64,000 nucleotides of DNA, from the NCBI GenBank assembly GCA_964509895.1, contig CAZDZJ010000135.1, positions 1,674 to 65,673 on the forward strand. The letters run 5' to 3'. Under the pieces are notes generated by a model, which saw nothing but the letters and a program-made list of their open reading frames with translations, was not told the origin of the DNA and searched no databases. Shown piece after piece: positions 40,459 to 49,117 of the stretch (position 1 is the first letter of the stretch; every line of letters begins with the position of its first letter). This DNA comes from an uncultured Gemmatimonadota bacterium. GTDB taxonomy: Bacteria; Gemmatimonadota; Gemmatimonadetes; Palauibacterales; Palauibacteraceae. The translations under genes were made by a program, and so were the position numbers.

Positions 40459-42969
40459 ATGTACGACCCCGGAGCCGTCGAGTCCCGATGGCAGGCCTGG
40501 TGGGAGGAGAACCGGACGAACGAGCCCGACCTCGACGCCTCGAGGCGTCCGTTCTTCAACCTGATGATGTACCCCTACCCGTCCGCCGAGGGACTCCACG
40601 TGGGGAACCTCTACGCCTTCACCGGGGCCGACATCTACGGCCGGTTCCGCCGCCTGCGGGGCGACGACGTGTTCGAGCCCATCGGATACGACGCGTTCGG
40701 CATCCACTCGGAGAACCACGCGCTCAAGGTCGACACGCACCCGATGGAACTCATCCCCTCGAACATCCGCAACTTCGAGCGGATGCTGCGGGCGTCGGGG
40801 CTCATGGCGGACTGGTCGCGCACGGTCGATACGACGGATCCGGGTTACTACAAGTGGACGCAGTGGATCTTCGTCCAGCTGTTCAAGGCGGGACTCGCGG
40901 AGAAAAAGGAAGCCGCGGTCAACTGGTGCCCGAAGGACCAGACCGTCCTCGCCAACGAACAGGTGATCGCCGGGCTGTGCGAGCGCTGCGATACCGCGGT
41001 CGAACAGCGGATGCTGAGCCAGTGGTTCTTCCGGATCACGGACTACGCGCAGCGCCTGCTCGACAACCTGGACTGGATCGACTGGTCCGAGACCACGAAG
41101 ACGGCGCAGCGAAACTGGATCGGCCGCTCGGACGGCGCGCGGCTGCACTTTCCGCTTTCGAGCGCCGCCGCCCCCGGGGACTCCGCCGCCTCGGGGGATG
41201 TCGCGGGCTCCGGGGATGTGGACCAGATCGAGGTGTTCACGACCCGTCCCGATACGCTCTTCGGGGCGACCTTCATGGTGCTGGCGCCGGAGCACCCGCT
41301 CGTCGAGCGCCTGACGACGGACGAACGGCGCGCCGACGTGGAAGCCTACGTGCGCGAGGCGGCGACCGTCGATCTCGTGGAGCGGCAGAAGACGGAGGAG
41401 CGCGAGAAGACCGGCGCCTTCACCGGCGGCTACGCGCGGAACCCGGCCACGGGCGGCGACATCCCCGTGTGGGTCGCCGACTACGTCCTCATGGACTACG
41501 GCACCGGGGCGATCATGGCCGTGCCCGGACACGACCAGCGGGACTTCGATTTCGCGCGTCAGTTCGGGTTGCCCGTCGTACGGGTCGTGTGCTCCCGCGC
41601 GGCGCTCCCGGAGGGCGAGGATCCGTCGGCCGTGGAAGGAGACGAGGCGGAGGCTGCCTTCGTCGAGCACACCGCGGACGAAATCCTCATCAACTCGGGC
41701 CGCTTCAGCGGGATGGAAGCGGACGCGGGCGGCCGCGCCATCACCGAGGCGCTGGCGGAGAACGGCCTGGGGGCGGCCGAAGTGAACTATCGGTTGCACG
41801 ACTGGTGCATCTCGCGGCAGCGGTACTGGGGACCGCCGATCCCGATCATCTACTGCGACTCGTGCGGGCCGCAGGCGGTGCCGGAGGAGGATCTGCCCGT
41901 CGTTCTCCCCTACGTGGAGGATTTCCGTCCCACGGCGACGGGGGTGAGCCCGCTCGCGCGCGACCCGGAGTTCCATGCGGCGGCGTGTCCGGCCTGCGGG
42001 GGCGATGCCCGGCGCGAGACCGACGTCTCCGACACCTTCCTCGATTCGGGCTGGTACTTCCTGCGCTATCCCTCGACCGAGTTCGACGACCGCCCGTTCG
42101 ACGCGGAGAGGACGAGGAAGTGGCTGCCCGTGAGCAGCTACATCGGCGGCGAGGAACACTCCGTCCTTCACCTGCTCTACTCCCGCTTCCTCACCATGGT
42201 GCTGCACGACCTCGGGCACCTCGACTTCGAGGAACCGTACGACCAGTTCCGGAAGCACGGGCTGCTGATCAAGGAAGGCGCGAAGATCTCGAAGTCCCGC
42301 GGCAACGTGATCCTGCCGGACAGGTACATCGCACGGTTCGGCGCGGACACGTTTCGCACGTACCTCATGTTCCTCGGTCCCTTCCAGCGGGGGGGAGACT
42401 TCCGCGACAGCGGGCTCGCCGGGCCGGAGCGGTTCCTGAAGAAGGTTTGGGACAGCGTGCTGGGGGCCGTCGAGTCCGGGCGCACGGGTTTGGACGACCC
42501 CGGCGTGGAGCGCGCACTGCACGGAACGATCAAGCAGATCTCGGAGGACCTCGAGGCGCTGAGTTACAACACGGCGATCGCCGCGGCGATGGACTACCTC
42601 AACACCGTGCGCTACGGCGGGAGAACCGCCTCGGTGGACGAGGTGCGCCCGCTCGTCATCATGATCGCCCCGATCGCGCCGCACATCGCCGAAGAGTTGT
42701 GGTTCCGGCTCGGAGGCGAGTCGAGCATCTTCGACCACGCCGAGTGGCCGGCCTGGGACAAGAGCAAGCTCGTGGTCGACGAGGTGGAGCTTCCGGTGCA
42801 GGTGAACGGCAGGCTGCGGGCGACGATTCGGGTCGCGCGCGGAGCGCCGGAAGACGTCGTGCGCGAGGCGGCGCTGGCCGAGGCGAACGTGAGCCGGCGT
42901 CTCGATGGAGCCGCGATCCGCAAGGTGATCCACATCCCGGATCGCATGCTCAACCTGGTCGTCTCCTAG
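40459..42969 (+). CDS. leuS: Leucine--tRNA ligase
   Basis: MYPYPSAEGLHVGN, FTTRPDT, GTGAIMAVPGHDQRD, DWCISRQRYWG, KISKS, VQVNG. Confidence 0.96.
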   Translation: MYDPGAVESRWQAWWEENRTNEPDLDASRRPFFNLMMYPYPSAEGLHVGNLYAFTGADIYGRFRRLRGDDVFEPIGYDAFGIHSENHALKVDTHPMELIPSNIRNFERMLRASGLMADWSRTVDTTDPGYYKWTQWIFVQLFKAGLAEKKEAAVNWCPKDQTVLANEQVIAGLCERCDTAVEQRMLSQWFFRITDYAQRLLDNLDWIDWSETTKTAQRNWIGRSDGARLHFPLSSAAAPGDSAASGDVAGSGDVDQIEVFTTRPDTLFGATFMVLAPEHPLVERLTTDERRADVEAYVREAATVDLVERQKTEEREKTGAFTGGYARNPATGGDIPVWVADYVLMDYGTGAIMAVPGHDQRDFDFARQFGLPVVRVVCSRAALPEGEDPSAVEGDEAEAAFVEHTADEILINSGRFSGMEADAGGRAITEALAENGLGAAEVNYRLHDWCISRQRYWGPPIPIIYCDSCGPQAVPEEDLPVVLPYVEDFRPTATGVSPLARDPEFHAAACPACGGDARRETDVSDTFLDSGWYFLRYPSTEFDDRPFDAERTRKWLPVSSYIGGEEHSVLHLLYSRFLTMVLHDLGHLDFEEPYDQFRKHGLLIKEGAKISKSRGNVILPDRYIARFGADTFRTYLMFLGPFQRGGDFRDSGLAGPERFLKKVWDSVLGAVESGRTGLDDPGVERALHGTIKQISEDLEALSYNTAIAAAMDYLNTVRYGGRTASVDEVRPLVIMIAPIAPHIAEELWFRLGGESSIFDHAEWPAWDKSKLVVDEVELPVQVNGRLRATIRVARGAPEDVVREAALAEANVSRRLDGAAIRKVIHIPDRMLNLVVS

Positions 42970-42982
42970 TGTAGTGTCGCAG
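42966..42982. repeat. Solo terminal remnant of the type B element
   Basis: ctagtgtagtgtcgcag, identical to the first 17 nt of the 28869 TIR and containing the leuS stop. Confidence 0.75.
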
Positions 42983-43002
42983 CGGCTGGCCGGGCCGCTC
43001 GT

Positions 43003-43290
43003 CTACCACTCGACGGAGCCCTCCGCTCCGGTGTCGATGGGTGCGGCGGTCCCCTCCTCGCCGAAGAGGTGGATGCGCAGGTTCTTGTAGAGGAACTCCC
43101 GCGCCGCCGCCTCGTGGAGCTTGAGTCCGTAGTGGTTGATGAGGAGCATCTGCCGGTTCTTCCACTCCTCCCAGCACGCGGCGCAGATCTCGGCCACGAT
43201 TCGCTCGCCCAGGGCGCTGGGGAACGGGATGCGGTCGATCCTGCCCTGGTCGCCGCGGCCGCAGCGGGTGCATGCGAACGATTCGGTCAT
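43003..43290 (-). CDS. Fe(II)-trafficking / oxidative damage protection protein (YggX family)
   Basis: PFPSALGERI..ICAACWEEWKNRQMLLINHYGL..AREFL. Confidence 0.85.
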   Translation of the reverse strand: MTESFACTRCGRGDQGRIDRIPFPSALGERIVAEICAACWEEWKNRQMLLINHYGLKLHEAAAREFLYKNLRIHLFGEEGTAAPIDTGAEGSVEW

Positions 43291-44387
43291 GTCGAGCCGT
43301 CGGTGGTCTGGGGGTCATCGCTCCGGCCGGCGGCGGGGTCGCCGGGATCGGCAGCCCCCGGCCCCGCCAGCCGCGTAAGGGCCTCCCACGGGTCGCCCGC
43401 CGCCAGTTCCCTCATGAGGGCCTCGACGGAGGGCACGAGGGAGCCGTGCGACTCGTACACGCGCTCGAAGTCGTCCAGCCTCGTGTAGTACAGCAGGCGC
43501 GAGATGATCCACGCGTTGTCGAGGCCGTCCGGGTCGAGCGAGCCGTACTGCGCGTGGAGCCGCGGCTTGTACTCGGTCTCGAAACGTTCGGCCGCCTCCT
43601 CGAACACTTGCCGCTTGGCTCTCCGCTTCGCGTCGTCCGCCATCGAGGAGGCGTACACCTCTTCCAGCGGTGCGAGAATTGAATGGAAGAAGTGGCCGAA
43701 GACGCGCGTGTCCTCCCAGCGCCACCGCGCGCGCCGGCAGGCGCTCTCGTCCGCCACGGCCTCGCAGAAGAACTCGATCGCGCCGTGATGCCCGACGAAG
43801 TTCGCGAAGCTCTCGTTGAAGTCCGCCTGGCCGGTGGGGAAGTAGGTGCTGTGCGTGATCTCGTGGATGACCGTTTCGACGAGCGCGAGGCTGTCGAGCC
43901 TGAGCGTCGTCGACATGATGGGGTCGGGGAACCAGCCGAGCGTCGAGAAGGCGGACACCGGGCGAAGGGAGACGTCATACCCCTCCTCGGCGAGGCTGGC
44001 GGCCTCCGCGCGGGCGGCGTCGAAGTCGAAGTAGCCCTTGTAGGGCAGGTGGCCGACGATCGGGAACCACCAGGTCTTCCACCGCAGCGCGAACTCCGGG
44101 GCGGCGAGGACGTTCAGGACCAGCGTGTCCCGGTGGAGTTGCGCGAACGACTCGTAGCTCGCGCCCGCCCGCAGCCCGAGATCGCGCTCGGCGAAGTCCC
44201 GGGCGTCGAGGACGAGCCGCAACTTGTCGCGGGTCTCGCGCGCCACCGTCGTGTCGTGGATCACGGCCCGGATGGGGCGGCGCGCCGAGAGGATGCGCGC
44301 CTCCTCCCAGCCGGCGCGAAGGACATAGGCCGGCGAGCAGCCGCCCGCGCCGAGCAGCAGGAGGAGGAGCAGGGCGCGCGTGCGCAT
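43287..44387 (-). CDS. Putative zinc aminopeptidase lipoprotein (DUF2265-like)
   Basis: Lipobox AGGC; WWFPIVGHLPYKGYF, AFSTLGWFPDP, HEITH, FNESFANFV. Confidence 0.85.
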   Translation of the reverse strand: MRTRALLLLLLLGAGGCSPAYVLRAGWEEARILSARRPIRAVIHDTTVARETRDKLRLVLDARDFAERDLGLRAGASYESFAQLHRDTLVLNVLAAPEFALRWKTWWFPIVGHLPYKGYFDFDAARAEAASLAEEGYDVSLRPVSAFSTLGWFPDPIMSTTLRLDSLALVETVIHEITHSTYFPTGQADFNESFANFVGHHGAIEFFCEAVADESACRRARWRWEDTRVFGHFFHSILAPLEEVYASSMADDAKRRAKRQVFEEAAERFETEYKPRLHAQYGSLDPDGLDNAWIISRLLYYTRLDDFERVYESHGSLVPSVEALMRELAAGDPWEALTRLAGPGAADPGDPAAGRSDDPQTTDGST

Positions 44388-44440
44388 GGTCGCGATGGGG
44401 GCGGCCTCCCGGCTGCGGGCGCCCTCCGGGCGCGGGACGC

Positions 44441-45580
44441 TCACGAGCACCTCACGTAGTGGAGGTGTTCGCGTACGTCGTCGCGGAGGTAGCTCCGCTG
44501 CGGGCCGTCGGCGTCGCTCCGGTAGCGGCGGTAGGGCCGGACGAAGAACTCGTACGTATCGGACAGGCCGCGTTCGCGCAGCGCCCCTTCGATGGCGGCG
44601 CGGTCCAGCAGCCCCTCGTCGTTGTAGCTGAACAGGATGTGTCGTGCGTCGGCGGCCTCCAGCACCTCGCGCAGAGCCCCCGGGGCGCGTTGCTTCCGGC
44701 ACCAGTCGGAGCGCTGCGCCTCGTCGGGAATGAGCCCCGTCTTTCCCCGAATCTCCGGCGGCTTGGCCCAGCCGAGCGCGAGGAGTTCGGGGATGTGATA
44801 ATACGCGGGATATTGCCGGCCGTTGTAAGGGGGGTCGAGATAGACCAGATCGACGGGACCGATGGATGCCAGGAGGTCGGAGGCGAGTCCGCGGAACGCG
44901 CTGCAGACGCCGGCTCCCTCCCGCCGCGGGGTCGGCTCGATGGGGCGCAGTTCGATCGGACGCCGCGCGTTGGGCTGCATCGTCTTCACGAAGGAGGCGT
45001 AGACGCCGGTCGTGTTCGCGACCCGGTCGGCGGCCTCGATGAGCGTCGCGATCAGCAGTTGCGCCGCGGTTTCGCTGTGGGAAGACCCGCGCGTCCAGCG
45101 TTCGATCCGCGTCCGGACGAGGTCGATCTTCCGCCCGTTCTCGGGGGAGAAATACATGCGCCCGTGCTCCCGGCCAGCCGCTCCGCCGCTCGTGTAGTGT
45201 TCGGAGATGAAGCCGCGGGCCGGCCGCTCTCCGTCCCGGCGATCGCCGACCGCGTCGATGCCGTCCGGGTCATCGAGTTCGGCCAGGCCCTCGAGCAGGG
45301 CGCGGTAGCCGATCTCCCGCTTTCCGTTGCGGGCCGCCGCCGGGAGGAGCGAAGCGGGGTAGCGCGGGGGCGCGTCGAGATGGACCCGGGCGACCTGCAG
45401 GGCGTAGGACGACGCCATCAGGTCGCCCGCGTGGACCTGCCAGCCTTTCTCCTTGAGCGCCGCCGAGACGCTGGCGGTGCCGGCGAAGGGATCGCATGCA
45501 ACGCCGGGCGTCTCCTGGAACCGCGCCACGGTCTCCAGAAGGAAGGGGACGAGCTTCGTTTTGTTCCCGAGATAGCGCAC
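44441..45580 (-). CDS. DNA adenine methyltransferase (D12 class, NlaIII/FokI-like), orphan
   Basis: MRYLGNK, DPFAGTASV SAM motif, DRVANTTGVYASF, YLDPPYN.RQY..YH, SYNDEG. Confidence 0.9.
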   Translation of the reverse strand: MRYLGNKTKLVPFLLETVARFQETPGVACDPFAGTASVSAALKEKGWQVHAGDLMASSYALQVARVHLDAPPRYPASLLPAAARNGKREIGYRALLEGLAELDDPDGIDAVGDRRDGERPARGFISEHYTSGGAAGREHGRMYFSPENGRKIDLVRTRIERWTRGSSHSETAAQLLIATLIEAADRVANTTGVYASFVKTMQPNARRPIELRPIEPTPRREGAGVCSAFRGLASDLLASIGPVDLVYLDPPYNGRQYPAYYHIPELLALGWAKPPEIRGKTGLIPDEAQRSDWCRKQRAPGALREVLEAADARHILFSYNDEGLLDRAAIEGALRERGLSDTYEFFVRPYRRYRSDADGPQRSYLRDDVREHLHYVRCS

Positions 45581-45630
45581 GCGGGAGAATATGGAGCCGG
45601 GATGCGGGCGAAAAGTTCCGGGGCGGGGGC

Positions 45631-46938
45631 GTGAACGCCGGGGCGCACCTCACGGAGGTCGTCAGCGGCTTGGCGCTGGCGGCGTCGCCCGTGCTTCGGC
45701 GCGTCCGGCCGGAGATCGCGCGGGCGCTGGCGGAGCGGCGGCGCGCGGCCACGGAGCTGACTGCGTGGGGCCGGGACAGGGAGCCCGGACCGCTCGTGTG
45801 GCTGCACGGCGCTTCCGCAGGCGAACTGATCGGCGCGGCGTCCGCCGTCCGGGCGCTCCGGGGTCCGGGGTCCGGACCGCCCGGCGCCGGTCGGTCGCAA
45901 CTGCTCGTCACGCACGGCTCGCCGTCGGGGAGGGCCGCGCTCGGCTGGCTGAACGCGGATCATTCGGGCGCGCCGCCGCTCGACCGTGCGCGGGACTGCG
46001 ATGCGGTGTTCGCCGCCGTGCGGCCCGGGCTGCTCGTGTTCGCGAAGCTGGACGTGTGGCCCGGACTCGTGGCCGCGGCCGGCCGGGCCGGCGTGCCGAC
46101 GGCGCTCATCAACGGCACGGTCCGCGATGGCAGCCGGCGCTCGGGTGTCCTCGCCCGCCGCCTCTTCCGCGCTTCGTACGCCCGCCTGGACGCGGTCGGT
46201 GCCGCGAGCCCGGAAGACGCGACGCGGCTCGAAGCGCTCGGCGTCCGGCCCGAAGCGCTGACCGTAACGGGCGACGCGGCGTTCGACCTCGCGATTGAAC
46301 GGGCCGACCGCGCGCGGGCGGATGGTTCCGCCGCGGGTTTCCGGGCCGCGCTCGGCGCGGCGGACGTGCGGCTGGTCGCCGGCTCGACGTGGCCCGCGGA
46401 CGAGCGGGCGCTGCTCGATGCCGTGGCGGCCGCGCGGCGCGGGGGCGGCCCGGGCTGGCAACTCGTCATCGCGCCGCACGAGCCGACCGCCGCGCACGTC
46501 GACGCCCTCGTCGCGTCGTGCAGGGCCCGCGAGGAGCGCGTGGTCCGCTGGAGCACGGTCCGCGACGGGGCCGCGGAGCCCGGCGCATCCGTCATCGTGT
46601 TCGACGAGGTCGGCCGGCTCGCGGAACTGTACGCGGCGGGCGATGTGGCCTATGTGGGCGGTGGCCTTGCGGGCACCGGGCTCCACAACGTGCTCGAGCC
46701 CGCCGCGGCCGGGTTGCCCGTCGTCTTCGGCCCGCGCCACGACCGGGCCGACGCCCGCGCGCTCGCGTCAGCCGGCGGCGGGCTCGTCTCCCCGGCCGGC
46801 GCGCTCGCCGACACCCTGGCCGGGCTGGCCCACCCGCCTCGACGGGAGCGCCACGGCCGGGCCGCCCGCACGTTCGTCGAGGCGGGCGCCGGCGCTGGCG
46901 CCCGCGCGGCCGATCTCCTCCGCCCGCTCTGGCACTAG
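45631..46938 (+). CDS. waaA: 3-deoxy-D-manno-octulosonic acid (Kdo) transferase
   Basis: WLHGASAGE, LDVWPGL, LING, AGSTWP.DE, IAPHE, YVGGG, HNVLEPA. Confidence 0.85.
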   Translation: MNAGAHLTEVVSGLALAASPVLRRVRPEIARALAERRRAATELTAWGRDREPGPLVWLHGASAGELIGAASAVRALRGPGSGPPGAGRSQLLVTHGSPSGRAALGWLNADHSGAPPLDRARDCDAVFAAVRPGLLVFAKLDVWPGLVAAAGRAGVPTALINGTVRDGSRRSGVLARRLFRASYARLDAVGAASPEDATRLEALGVRPEALTVTGDAAFDLAIERADRARADGSAAGFRAALGAADVRLVAGSTWPADERALLDAVAAARRGGGPGWQLVIAPHEPTAAHVDALVASCRAREERVVRWSTVRDGAAEPGASVIVFDEVGRLAELYAAGDVAYVGGGLAGTGLHNVLEPAAAGLPVVFGPRHDRADARALASAGGGLVSPAGALADTLAGLAHPPRRERHGRAARTFVEAGAGAGARAADLLRPLWH

Positions 46939-47153
46939 CGCTTTTCCGCCCGGGGTTTTGGTCCGAAGACGAACCAGAACATGCCTCCGATGATGGGACA
47001 GAGGAAAATCACCGCGATCCAGAGCGCCTTTTCCCGCCTCGGCGCGTCGGTCGCCAGAGTGAGCCCGGTGGACCAGGTGTTGAGGGCCAGGAGCAGGGCC
47101 ACGAGCGCGAGCCGCGGATCCACGGCAGCCGCCCAATCGAGCACGGCGTTCAC
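46935..47153 (-). CDS. Small PLDc N-terminal-domain membrane protein
   Basis: EKALWIAVIFLCPIIGGMFWFVFGP. Confidence 0.75.
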   Translation of the reverse strand: MNAVLDWAAAVDPRLALVALLLALNTWSTGLTLATDAPRREKALWIAVIFLCPIIGGMFWFVFGPKPRAEKR

Positions 47154-49042
47154 GCGGCGGCCGTCGGCTTCTGGAACTGGAGGCGGTGGAGCTGCGCGTA
47201 GAGGCCGCCCCTCTCGAGCAGCGTGTCGTGCGTGCCCGATTCGCTGATGCGCCCATGGTGAAGGACGAGGATGCGGTCCGCCCCCCGAATCGTCGACAGC
47301 CGATGCGCGATGACGAGGCTCGTCCGCCCTTCCATCAGCCGCTCCAGCGCCGCCTGGATCTCCGCCTCGATCTCGGAGTCCACCGAACTCGTCGCCTCAT
47401 CCAGGAGGAGGATCGGCGGATCTCCGGCCAGGGCCCGCGCGAAGGACACCAGTTGGCGCTCGCCCACGGACAGGTTTCCGCCGCGCTCGCTCAGCGGCTC
47501 GTCGTACTTCTTCGGCAACCGCGCGAGATGCCGATCGACCCCGACCTGCCGCGCCGCCTCGCGGATCTCGCCCCGGCCCACCGCCGCGCGCTCGAGCGCG
47601 ATATTGTCCGCGGCGGAGCCCGAGAAGAGATAGACGTCCTGCAGCACGAGGCCCATCTGCCGGCGCAGATCAGCCAGGCGAAGATCCCGAATGTCCACGC
47701 CATCGAGCGTGATCCGCCCGCGCTGCGGCTCGTAGAAGCGCATGAGGAGGCTGAAGAGCGTCGTCTTGCCCGCTCCGGTCGCCCCGACGACCGCGAGCCT
47801 CTGCCCCGGCTCCGCCACGAAGCTGATCCCTCGCAGCACCCAGCCGTCGTCGGGCGCGTCTTCGTCCAGGCGCCCCTCCGCTCCTTCCCAGGCCGCCGCA
47901 TGGGCCAGCGCAGGCGTCGTGACGCCCGCCGCGTCCTCCTCGGGCGACAGGTAGCGGAACCACACATCCTCGAACGCGATGCGCCCCTTCAGGTCCGGGG
48001 GGAGGTCCGTCGGGTCCGTCGGGTCCTCGATTCCGGGGGCCTCGTCCAGGAGCCGGAAGATCCGCTCCGAACTCGCCATCGCCCCCTGCAGGATGTTGTA
48101 TTTCTCCGACAGGTCCTGAATCGGCCGGAAGAACCGCCGCGCGTACTGCAGGAAGGCCGCGATGACCCCGATCGTGAGGGTCCCCTCCAGGGCCTGGTTC
48201 CCGCCGTACCAGATGATCAGTGCGAGCGCGACCGACGCGAGCACCTCGACGACCGGGAAGAAGAGCGCGTAGTACGCGATCGAGCGCAGGTGGGCCTCGA
48301 GGTGGTCGTCGTTGATCTCGCCGAACCAGCGCGTCGCCGCCCGCTCCTGCCGGAACAGCTGCACGACCCGCACACCGGTGATCCGTTCCTGCAGGAAGGC
48401 GTTGATGCGCGCGAGCCGGATCCGGATGTCGCGGTACGCCTCGCGCACCTTCTTCCGGAAAAGCCAGGCGGCCACGAACACGAGCGGGAGGACGGCGAAG
48501 GTCACGAGGGCGAGGCGCCAGTCCATGACGAGCATCGCGATCATGATGAAGGCGACGGTGAACACGTCCCCGAAGATCGTGACGACGCCGGAGGTGAACA
48601 TTTCGTTCAGGACTTCCACGTCGCTCGTGAGCCGCGTCATCAGGCGCCCGACCGGGTTGCGGTCGAAGTAGGCGAGCCGCAGCCGCTGGAGGTGCCGGAA
48701 GATCTCCTGCCGCAGGTCGAGCATCACGTTCTGGCCGATCCACGTGGTCAGGATCGTGCGCGCGTACTCGAGCAGGCCCGAGAGGAGCAGCGAGATGAAG
48801 AAGAGGATCGCCAGGATGCGGATCTGGCGGAAGTCGCCCGCCGGGATCGCGTGGTCGATGACCTCCATCGTCAGCCACGGCCCCACGAGCGCGAGACCCG
48901 AGGCGGCCACGAGCATCAGGACGGCGAGCGCGACCCTGCCCCGATACGGGCGCAGGTACGCGAGCAGGCGCCTCATGAGGCGGGCGTCGTACGCCTTCCC
49001 GAGCGCTTCTTCTTCCTGGAGGGGGCCTTCCGGCATGTGCAT
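47150..49042 (-). CDS. ABC exporter, fused permease/ATP-binding protein
   Basis: GKAYDARLMRRL, FDRNPVGRLMTR, GATGAGKTT, LSVGERQL, LDEATSSVD, IAHRLSTI. Confidence 0.93.
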   Translation of the reverse strand: MHMPEGPLQEEEALGKAYDARLMRRLLAYLRPYRGRVALAVLMLVAASGLALVGPWLTMEVIDHAIPAGDFRQIRILAILFFISLLLSGLLEYARTILTTWIGQNVMLDLRQEIFRHLQRLRLAYFDRNPVGRLMTRLTSDVEVLNEMFTSGVVTIFGDVFTVAFIMIAMLVMDWRLALVTFAVLPLVFVAAWLFRKKVREAYRDIRIRLARINAFLQERITGVRVVQLFRQERAATRWFGEINDDHLEAHLRSIAYYALFFPVVEVLASVALALIIWYGGNQALEGTLTIGVIAAFLQYARRFFRPIQDLSEKYNILQGAMASSERIFRLLDEAPGIEDPTDPTDLPPDLKGRIAFEDVWFRYLSPEEDAAGVTTPALAHAAAWEGAEGRLDEDAPDDGWVLRGISFVAEPGQRLAVVGATGAGKTTLFSLLMRFYEPQRGRITLDGVDIRDLRLADLRRQMGLVLQDVYLFSGSAADNIALERAAVGRGEIREAARQVGVDRHLARLPKKYDEPLSERGGNLSVGERQLVSFARALAGDPPILLLDEATSSVDSEIEAEIQAALERLMEGRTSLVIAHRLSTIRGADRILVLHHGRISESGTHDTLLERGGLYAQLHRLQFQKPTAAA

Positions 49043-49117
49043 GCCCCATAGTACGGACTCGGCCGCCGGGGTCCAATCAGGTTGGCGCGCCCCGCCGCCG
49101 CCGGCCATCATGCTCCC

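Noticed and set aside
40177-42933. Long antisense or alternative-frame ORFs (e.g. 918 aa opposite leuS; also 14737-17340, 54104-56395, 57809-60343)
   Set aside because: Shadow ORFs of high-GC coding sequence, with no motifs and fully overlapping well-supported genes.
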